Shown here piece after piece: positions 1 to 11,000 of a stretch of 39,723 bases of DNA. A program made the position numbers and the translations under genes. Positions within the stretch are counted from its first letter, which is position 1; every line of letters starts with the position of its first letter. The notes under the pieces were generated by a model. That model searched no databases and was not told the origin of the DNA. It saw nothing but the letters and a program-made list of their open reading frames with translations. Where the stretch lies: NCBI GenBank assembly GCA_002633005.1, contig NMRA01000066.1:465306-505028 (forward strand), given 5' to 3'. The stretch is from Phoronis australis. Its lineage: Eukaryota > Animalia > Phoronida.

Positions 1-284
1 TTATTGAATCAACGAGTGTAACAGTTGCTGGAAATATCTCAGAAGTTCAATACAAGTCAAGGCTTCGCAGCACTGGCTGGAGCATAAACAGACATTACGT
101 CGGACGTTTTGTTTGAGTAGGCTTGTGAACGTACGGTCGGGATTAATAAAGGATTAACTCGAACCAGTCTTCAATCAATCTTCGCACCGAAAGCTATTAG
201 CACCGGTCTGTAACAACCTGCGCCCACCCACACACGGGGAAAAACGTGACAAATCTAATAGTTACAACATGTTAATCAAGCTTA

Positions 285-396
285 GCCTGTTAATTCCAAC
301 CAATCAGGCAAGGCCTGTTAATTCCAACCAATCAGGCCAAGCCTGTTAATTCCAACCAATCAGGGCAAGCCTGTTTATTCCAACCAATCAGGGCAA
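285..396. repeat. 28-bp tandem repeat x4 (GCCTGTTAATTCCAACCAATCAGGSCAA)
   Basis: Units start at 285, 313, 341 and 369. Confidence 0.95.
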
Positions 397-1880
397 TGTA
401 AAATGTAAACAATGATTATTCCCCATCTTGGCCCACAAACATTCATTGTTAACAAAAGTATCAGAGATGCTTTTGGGACACTTACAGTGTAGATCAAAGA
501 TTTACTGAGAATGAACCAGGATATTGGGGCAACTGGTAGATTTCACAATCAGCTAATTATAAGCCTGGGACCACGGTTCAGTATAAACAAACCTTAACAA
601 GTCCAAAATATGTTCTCATCTAGACGTGTAGTATTTTATGTGAATAAGACTAACAATTAATGTGAAACATATGTTGGTGACAGTACATGACTTACGGAAA
701 CTGGTGGGGGTGACCGGGGATGGGTCTGAAAAGAGTGCCAACTCGGGAGCACTTTGCAATGAACAATGGTGGGGGGGATGCAAAATGAGTTTCAACCAAA
801 GAGAAAGCTTTTTTACAATGAGCAAGGGGCCCATGGCACCGTAGGATCCCTTGTGATGATCAACAACTTCAGATGCTGTGAAAGTTACAAAAAACCAAGT
901 CACTGCAAAATCTGATGAGTGCAACAGACCGTCATTACTTATCCCTTAGTGTAAGCCATGCTAATTAGTTAAAAAATTGGACCCATTCATGCTGCCCATG
1001 ATGGGGCAAACACCTTATGTAATAAAATCTTCTCTTAAGATGCACAGAGGTTGAAAAGACGGGCAGCATTCAAAATAAAACTAGACAGATGTTGACAGAG
1101 CTTTGACAACCATCATACCAGAATTATTCGGCAGTTTTGGTCTAACATTTGTCGCAATAAAATAACAATTAAAATGGCATTATTTTGAAAACTAACAATT
1201 AACTTCTATCAGATAACATCTCAGTTCAGCTAAAAGCACACCTCTAAATTTCCAAAAATTTCAATTTTAAACATCTATGCTCAGTATTACACCTACCCAC
1301 AATTTATAAATTTGTGACTTTCACCAATGCCCTTGTAGAAACCCATAGGCACAAAAGTTCATCAATCAAAACCCACAAAATTGCCTTATTGTGATTAACT
1401 CAAATTGCACTTTGTGTACTCGGGCAACATCTTGTAAGGCTCCTACACAGGACGAAGCCAAATATAATGCGAGCCTTGGTGCTAACTCACTTAAATTTGG
1501 GTCCAAAACTGACTTCTTCAAAAGTTATCTTTTTATAATACCCTTCTTTTCAGTTAACTGTATGGCAGTCACACACAATATACAGCTGTGAATGTCAATA
1601 TTCTATATTCTAGAATCAACAGAGCTCCAAAGTGGCATGGTGCCGTCGACCCTAGATGCGCCTCAAAGTTCGAGATCTTACTTGCGTACACTAGCAAAAT
1701 AGCCGCCACAGAAAGAAGTTCAAACAATGGCTCAGTCATAATGTTGACCCAAGGGAGAAAGTAGAAGATAAACACTCAAAGTACTTGACATCTCCATTGT
1801 ACAAGTCAAGATGTCTTGTAACAAGCGTCTTATAAGTGGCCAACTTTATCCAAAACACCCTCGTTCTCACTACCACTCAC

Positions 1881-2001
1881 CTCTGAACAAAATGTGACAA
1901 GGAAAGAAATGCCCAGTACTGCCACAACTGAAGCTGAAGGCAGAAGACCATATAATGGTCTGTAACCGGTGTCCTTGAAATACTTCAGGATGTAGTATAT
2001 A
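1881..2001 (-). CDS. RFT1: RFT1 exon 13 ([23 protein letters not shown]...VTFCSE)
   Basis: Acceptor TTTACAG; donor GAG|GTGAGT; 121 nt; not the terminal exon. Confidence 0.92.
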
Positions 2002-5000
2002 CTGTAAACCAAAACAAGGAAATCATCAGAGTGTTAGTCAGTAATCTTAACACATAACCAACACACTAATCACCGTCTCGTAGAACTCGTTATTTTGCTT
2101 TGAAACTTTGCCAAATTTCAACAAGAATACATAGAAGAACACATGGCTGATTGTGCAGGACAGAGATTGCAGTTTGAGCTGCATGGTGTCATATTGTCCA
2201 GTAACAGTCACTTACAGAGGTCCCGCATTTTGAGAACCAGTTTTCTCCAATAAATAATGGGCATCAAACTGGTTCTCAAAACACATAACTCTTCTCCAGA
2301 GGCAATTATAAATCTCAAAAGCCAATGAAATCAAAGAATGGTAAAATGTGCCTCTTTTGGACAAAAATAGTCGTGATTTTTTAATTCTTCTTACATGGCT
2401 GGGAATGTCAACACTTACGCCAAACATTGTCAGATGGTAGCTGAGATTTTCCCGTAGAATATTTTGTTTCGCCATCACAAATGTTTAAGAGACCACATAC
2501 TGCAACCAGAGGCTTGTCCAATTGCTTGGAACACCGAGTAAATTTCCAAAATTCACATGATGTGATTGGTCAATTTTCGACTTGAACAAAATCTCAATGT
2601 GAGCAAATGTACCTTCTTGTGTTCAGATAACCTGTCTGATATGTTACCAGTCAGAATTGAAACCTTTTTGCAGTAATAACACTCTGAAATATGGAATTAA
2701 AGTTGTAGATTTGCAAAAAAAATCTGTGATCTGAATCAAATCGACCTGTTACCTATGAGAGATGCGTGCCATCATGTTGAGACAGTTAGCCAGTATGAAG
2801 CCAACACTCCCCAACAAGGTAGTCAGATACCAGGAAGAACACAGGAATAAGACAGAGAATAGCAACATCTTGTGGTTGTACCTGAAAGGAGAAGTTATCC
2901 AAACTGGTCGGGTGAGGGTAGAACATTGCACTGGATTTTGTGCAATGTTTCAACACCACAAGAACAGGCATTTGACTTTGTTGATGGATGTAATGTCCAT
3001 AATGCAATTTTGCTGTGATAGACCATCCCGAGTAGGCAAACTGTCAAAATTCTGGAACAATCGGCAATTCTTTTTTGGTGGGTGACATAAGCATTAAACA
3101 GATAATGCTACAGTTTATCAACTTGATGTGTTCAAGCATGAAATCTTTTAATCGCGGGGGTTCACTCATATCGACAAGATGCCCGCAGGCGTGTACCAAA
3201 AATTGCTGAGAGACCCCCCAATTGCGGGTGCCAGGTCTGCTAATTCCCACCCCCTTTTGAGGGCTAGATTTTTCTGCCTCACCCCCTTATGCAGGGTTCG
3301 TCTACAATCAATTCCGTTGTTGGTAAGCTTTACTTACCAGTGCATGTGAAAGGTGGCTTACGTCAACAGCAGTATGTCCACAGTAAGCCTACTGTATAGA
3401 ATGAAATTTAGGGACCTATAGCACCCCGTGCGGGTCCCGCAAAACCTACTGAAAAGGTACCGCCAACCCTCAAGTTTTGGTACACGCCTGCAGGCACCTT
3501 GCCAATATAAGTGACCCCTGGGGTTTTAATATGCAAGCCTATTCAAATTTGTGTATAGTGTGTCCAGTTCAAGGTCTCCGAAGTCTGTAAAGACTGCATG
3601 AAGGTCATTTTACACGAAGTGTTTGGATATCGCATCGATACTTCAGAACATAACTGCTGCGTAATGACTGAAGGTGAAGTCAAGAGCAGACGTGGACAGA
3701 AGAAGTCCCCTTATCTTATGTCAGCCAATGATGGGTCACACAAAGATTTTCACTGAATAGATAAAACCAACAATCATGATATTTGTTTATGATTTGAAGC
3801 AGTGATGTATCCCACTGTGCAAAATCTTTAATTATGAAGTGATTCCGTTCCGTTGGCTTATGTGTGATTTTCTTCATGATCAGGTGTCTTCCTAATCCCA
3901 TAGTTTTCTCAACAACCACACCACTAGTTCAAGGTCAAAGTGAACCACAGTAAGTGGAACGTGATCATAAGTTTTAATTAGTTCTCATCACAGAAAATAC
4001 AGGATTATAAACAGGCTCATAACATGTACAAAATGTAAAAAAAAGAAAATACACAACAATTACTATTACAAGGGAAATTATACCCTCAAGTAGTTTTCAA
4101 AATCATCTGGACAAAATTTGACAGAACTGCCAAATTTGGAATTATTTCGCAGTTCAATCGAACATTGTCAGAGTTCAACATTCAGCCTCGCCTATAACTG
4201 CTTATTTGTGAATGAATTTGCATGACAAGTTCTTACATTTCACAAAGTGCTAGAGCACCACAAGCCAAGATTTTGTCAGAATTGAAATGTAATCTTGTCA
4301 AAAAAGAACGAATATTTTTGTGGTTTTCTACATCGAAACTTTGTCGAATTTCATGCTGCTATCAATTTTGGATCCAGCTGTTTTAGTTATGATACCTTCA
4401 ATAATTATTCACTAATTTAAACCACAATATGGCTGACGCTGACTATTGTCAAATTTATCCACAAAAATAGAGACTAAGAAAAGTTTTGTCAATTACTAGC
4501 GTAGTTTGTACTATGGAAATGTAATAAAATAATATCTGGTAAGTTTTCCCTTATTTGCAGTATGAAAGTAATCAGACATCGAAAAATGGAAAAATGACAA
4601 AACTATTGCAATCATTTTTGCGCAAAATATGTGGACAATTACCCTACTTTGTGTTTTCAGTGACAAATTTGAAAGTCTCGTGAGAATGAAGTCTAATCAG
4701 TCTTCATACAATACTGTAATGTGTGTACTACAAGACAAAACCCATATGCAGAATGTTGGCTAATTGACCTGAGTTGATATGTTAATGTAAAACATAAGGG
4801 ATTACATTCAAATCACCCACTTAAGGTTACGTAAAACCTCATGACAGATCTAAGTATTTAGCCAATGTTTACAAAACCGTGCACTTTAAACGTTTAAGGA
4901 TACATATTTTCTGAAAGCAGACAGCCTGTAAAAATTGACTTTTGACTTTTTACCAATCTACCTTTAATTGGTTTACATGACCAAGCGTTTTTAGTAAAAT

Positions 5001-8000
5001 TTAGAAAAAAGCATTGGTAGAAAAAAACAACAATACCAATAACATGATCACATTTTACTTGACATAAATGTTCAAGAGGTCACAAAAAAACATAAAATAG
5101 GTTTTTTATAGTTCGTGACGATGTTGAGCCGGTAAAAATTCACTTACAATGAACTCGTTTATAGTGGATAATTCAAACCTTTCCACCATCATCTAAGGGT
5201 CTTTATAACAAATGGAAATGCAGTAATCCATTTGTTGAAAAAGACTCTCAGATGACATTGGAAACGTTCAACTCATCCACTACAAACAAGTTCACAGTAA
5301 GTGAACTTTTACCAGCTCCACAAAAGAGCTGTTTCAATTTTCTACAATAATGTTTTGTTTACATTTTATGCAACCTCATTTCTTTATAAAAACCATAAAA
5401 GTCCTATTTTTGACAACTCGTCAAGCAAAAAAGATTTTACAAACAATTCCAAACAACATTTTGCTAACAGGGTCGTAAATAACATAAAATTAAAGATTTT
5501 GATTGTCCATTCAAGTGTACCAACCTATCAACATCCTGTCGACTCATGGAGGCAAACACAAAGCACTCAGTGACCCCATTGACAGCAATCAAGAGTACGT
5601 AGACACAATACCACTTGAGTAACAACGGTCCTGTAAGAAAAAAACAACGGTCTTTCTAAGTTTTTATAGATTTTTGTGTTAAAGTACCAGTATGAAAGAA
5701 AAACCAATACTCATCACAATAAAATTCATTTATGTTTCAAATAATTATGTCCAGTAAAAATACATTACAAATGACTCACTACCTTGAAGCTATAAATAAC
5801 AGAATGTTCATAAAATGACATTTGTAGCAACTGTGTCAGTGTATAAACCATCACAATAATGAATTAAGATTTAAATTCGATGACTCATTTTGACGAGATA
5901 AAATTTCACCGATTTTCCCAATTGATAGAAATGAGGCAACAGATAAAGCGACAAAAGCTTTGGTTTTTAAAGTACTGAATCCCAATTAATATGAGTTTGA
6001 CCAACAAGCATTGCTTTTTTTATTTTCAGCATCCATATGAGTTTTATTAAAACTTCTAGTATTTATGCCAAAATATTACCAATTTAAGAAAAAAATATGG
6101 TAGACTAGTGAAAATTGATTTTGCATAAACGTCTTGTATCATAGCAGCCATCAAATAATATTTTGAAAAAATGGTGGACACTCATAATACTAAAACACCC
6201 TAAAATGAGAAATAGGAAATTTTGGCAATTGCTAATTTTTGAATTGGGTAAATTTTTACTGTACAGTAGCATTGCATAGTTTTGACATATGTCATGCGAC
6301 CGTAGGAAGTTAACACACTCTTAGAGGTCTATGTTTTTTGTAGGAAATCTACCACAAAGTACTATTGTTCAGTAAAATACCTGTAGGCCAGAAATCACGT
6401 GCAGGTATTTTATCTGGACATGAACATTTGCATGCTTATTCAACACAGTAAAAAGAAATACTGGATTTCATTTAAAACAAGAGCAACGCAGAGCGTTGAA
6501 ATGCGCCCACAATTGCACCGTATACGGTATCCTTCTAGGGTTGTTTATTGGTACCATAAAGTGGCCAGTAGAGGGCCTATATGTAGTATGTTGTACTTTG
6601 CAAAATGGAAAGGCATGGTCATTGTCTCCTCAATAGGCTAGGGGCAAAATGTGAGTGATCTTCATAATACAAGCACATCCTATACATCAGTTGCTTAAAG
6701 CACCACAGAAACATAGAATTAAAAACAAATTTACCAACATACGAGATTAGCACAGCATTAGAATGCCAGAAACAAATTTCTACTTGGAACTTTTCCTTCA
6801 TAGTCACGAAGTAACACAAAGTATACACCTGAAGACCTATGAAAATACAGAGGTCAATGTAAAATACTAAAATTGCCACTAGAGGCATACCGGTAGTCAG
6901 AATCATCCTAAAGTCGTCATCGTCCGTTGTCAACATCACATAAATACACTTGCTAAATTTAGTAAAGATCCTGCAAACGGTTTGGGAGATACAGCCATGG
7001 GCGCAAAAAAAAACCTGCCACTAGGAGGCGCCACAGTAATCAAAGTCATGGGAAATTCAGCGTCAACCGTCCTCTTCATAGTAAGAACATACATGCCAAT
7101 TTTCACAATCATACTTAGAGCGGTTTGGTTGATAGAGGGGTGGACGCCAAAAAACAGACTCAAAAACAGTAAAAATGGCCACTGGGTGTCGCAAACTAGG
7201 TCGAATCCATCCGAAAACGGGAGGATAGCGTCATCGCACTAATAGGTGCCTACATACCAAATTTCATGAAAATCCGTTAAGGACTTGTGAAGATACAGAG
7301 GTAAACGTAAAAAAATAAAATTGCCACTAGGGGGCACACTGGTAGGCGGATCCGTCCAAAAGTCGTCATCGTCTGTTGTTAACATCATATAAATACACTT
7401 ATTAAATTTCGTAAAGATCCTGCGAACGGTTTAGGAGATACAGCCATAGGCGCAAAAAAAAAAAAACTGCCACTAGGAGGCGCCACAGTAGTCCAAATCG
7501 TCTGAAAATCATTGTCAACTGTCTTCCTTATAGTAAGCACATACATGCCAATTTTCACAATCATCCTTTGAGCGGTTTGGTTGATAGAGGGGTGGACACA
7601 AAAATTCAGACTCGAAAACAGTAAAAATGGCCACTAGGTGGCGCAAACTATGTCGAATCCATCTGAAAACGGGAGGATAGCGTCATCTCACTAATAGGTG
7701 CCTACATACCAAATTTCATGAAAATCCGTTCAGGACTTTTGAAGATGCAAAGGTAAGCGTAAAAAACTAAAATTGCCACTAGGGGACACACCGGTACTCG
7801 GATCCATCCGAAAGTTCGCACATGCCGTCCCATTCATGAATGGAACATATGTGCCAAATTTCATGAACATATGTCAAAGGGTTTTAGAGATAAAGCAGCG
7901 GATGCCGGATGGACGGAGGGAGATGACAGCATAATGCGTCCACATATAAATGTGTGGGCGCATAAAAACTGAGCCACAATTGTCTGTAGTGAAAAACAAT

Positions 8001-11000
8001 CTGCATATTGATTTTTGAATAGCCATCTCATGTCTTGGATGGAGAAACTTGTTTAGAGGTTTTGGTAAATCCAAATTACAAAAAAGCATTATTTTGTAAA
8101 TGGCCAAAGCAGAAATCAATTCATGATTTTTATATATTGCAAAACTGTGAATTCCAGTTGTTGACGCATGCAATAACCATGGATCTCCTAAAGGATTGAC
8201 TGTATGATGGTCGAATTGTATTGTGTTCTACTAGCTCACTAGTTTGGGATACCGTTTCAAGAAGAGTTTATTGTAATTGGCTTTTGTCTATAAATCAGTC
8301 TAGGTAAGGTTTGTCACGTTTCACAACATCAGGTCAAGGTTAATGTCAGAAAATCTGTCCACAAGAGCAATTTGTTTGAAACATTGCTGATTTTATAATT
8401 CAACATATGAAGTTCCGTCTGATTGATAATTTGGCACAATTCAAACAATTAAGTACATCGGGTAAGAATTATGAGACTTCGTACACACCATATGTTGGTC
8501 ATATCAGTTAATAGTTAAATCTGAAGAGATTTCTGTCCTGACTAATAAGTCTTACTTATGCCATATCAACTGACTTTAACAGCACAATTATGTAATTGAG
8601 TACATTTATTGCACTCGAGCCCACATGTGCCCTGGTCATCGCTAATGCAGCTCAACAATAATTTTCTTTCAGATGTTTGAAACATTAACAAATCAGTAAA
8701 TGATATCAGTGTGTGGCAGTAATTGATGTGTGCCAAGAGAAAGGATTTGTGAAAAACCTAAAAATGGACAGAATTGAGATTTCACGGGGAAATTTTTTAT
8801 TGGGGGGNGGGGGGGCTCACCAGTAGCTGCATTTTATGAATTTTATGGCATAGGACGAGAAAGAGAATCCTAAAAGTTTTTTATATTGACTTTTCTGTGT
8901 CACAACTAGCAACTAAACACCAAGTCATGTATTATTACGAAATGTGAACAATTGGATAAAAGGCCAGATTGATGATCCAGACAGATGTTATAACATTTGT
9001 TTATTTTAGAGCAATCACGAGCATTGCCAATCAATCTTATCAGTATGACGGTCCTCAAACATTATTCAGCACCTTGCTTAATAGCGTGCACCATATGTCA
9101 CATAAGTAATACCCATTTACTGTGAAATGTCACAATTTCTGTGTTTATTCTAAGAACAACGCTGCAGTGTAGCACTACAAAATATTATGGTACAAACTAA
9201 TTTGTTTGTATTAAATAACATACTTTCCAAAGACGAGCGATTTCAAATTCAGGATACGGTACAAATTCTTCAGTTCCCATTTTTGGCTTCCAGGTGTTAA
9301 CTACTCCGAATAGTGGCTTAGAATTTTAGGGACAGTTGTAAATGATGGGTGTACTTCACACATCAAAGGCTTTTTGAAATTGACATGGGAGGTAGTTCTT
9401 TGTGAACCTTGCTCTTAGTCACACGACTGTCCCAGATGGACTGTACAAGTAAACACAGCTTATCAAAGGGTTTATGGTCCTGGCTTAGACGATAATTATT
9501 TTATTATCCCCTAAGGAGTTGGAATAGCCAAGCCCATGTAGAGAAAATACGGTGAGCAAGTTCAATCTGATTTATTTTGTCACATGTCATCAAAAGCATC
9601 TATTCAGCTTGGTGAGGATAGTACAGATGTCACTTATGAAATCATTTTATAAAGTTTTGAGCATCTACAGCCACATTTCAAGCTCCTGACAATTACAACA
9701 AGAACAACGCGGAGCATTAAAATGCGCCCACTACTGCACCGCAAATGGTGTGCTTCTAGGGGCGTTTATTTGTATCATTAAAAATGGCCATTAGATGGAA
9801 CAGAATGCATTGAACCTATCCAAAAATGGAAAGGTGTCTTCGTATCTCAAAACTATTTGCCAAATTTCATGAAAATCCACCTGAGAACTCCAAAGATACA
9901 AAGGCTAATGTAAAAAAAAACAAACTGCCATTAGGAACCGTAGCAGTAGATGAATCTGTCCATCAGCTGGCAAGTTAAAAGCAATACACATGAAAAATTT
10001 TAAAAACATCTTACAAGCGGTTTAAAAGATACAGTCGTAGATGCAAAAAATGTCAATAGGGGGCATCACAGTGGTTGGACCCGATTGAAAATCCTAGTCA
10101 GTCATGCTCTTGTCAGTAAGAACACGTCTGCCAGATACAGAAGCAGGCGACAAAAACAGACTAAAAATAATTAAAATGGGGCAGAATACATCAGATCCAT
10201 CACAAAAATAAAGGTGTTGGCAGAGAATACGTCAAACCCACCCAAAAATGAGAAGGCGTTGTCTATTTAAGGTTATCTCAAACCTTGCTTAGTAGCCTCC
10301 ATTCTAACGCGTATATCAAAAAATCTAAGTTTTGTCAACTAGTGAAAGTATATATTTTCTGAAAGAAAAAAGATCAGGGAATATAAAAATGTTACATTAT
10401 TATTATTACGTTAACACCTTTTTTAAGTAAAAATTTCATTTTTAAGAAAGGTATTTATTGAAAATAACCCTTCAGTTGATTTTAATGAAACTTTTTAAAC
10501 GAAAACTTCAAATTCACCAGATAAAACAAAAGGTATATTTATAAAAACGAGCAGCCGTATTCACATTACGCAACAGCTAGGCCTTTATATCATAAATCCT
10601 AACAGCGTTTTTGAGCGCACTCTTGGAAAGCAGTGCTATCACTGAAGAGTTCACCTTCATTTTAAGTTTGGAAAGTCTCTGCGAAATCCACAGAGCTGTT
10701 TTCGAGAACTCGAGTTCCTAAGTTCAAATTAAGTCAATTTGCCGAAGCTGAGAAAAAGGCCGATTAAGTCATGAGAGGTGAAAGTCTCAAGGACTTTGGT
10801 TAATTATTCGGTGAAAACTTACAATACAACCTCTACACCTTAGCCACATTCATTATTTCAACATTCACGAGTAAAGTCATCAGAATTTGCAGTGCGAAAT
10901 TAACTTAATTATCACAAAAACGTTCTGTCGAATTCCAGCCCATCGAGTCCAACTGGTTCACGGGTGGAGCCAACATATTATGTGGGTCAGGCTGGTACAT

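Noticed and set aside
285-396. CRISPR-like 28-bp repeats
   Set aside because: No spacers between units, no cas genes and a eukaryotic context.
1-1880. RFT1 terminal exon, including ORFs 1569..1775 and 616..924
   Set aside because: I found no segment resembling the expected final helix (RLxHxxxGxxCL type) with a proper acceptor; it probably lies outside the window.
6619-7242. ORFs 6619..6939, 6936..7163 and 6982..7242
   Set aside because: They lie in the non-coding tandem repeat of the HINE-like element and are not maintained in the adjacent unit.
8802-8815. Poly-G tract containing an N
   Set aside because: Homopolymer with a base-call ambiguity; no supportable function.
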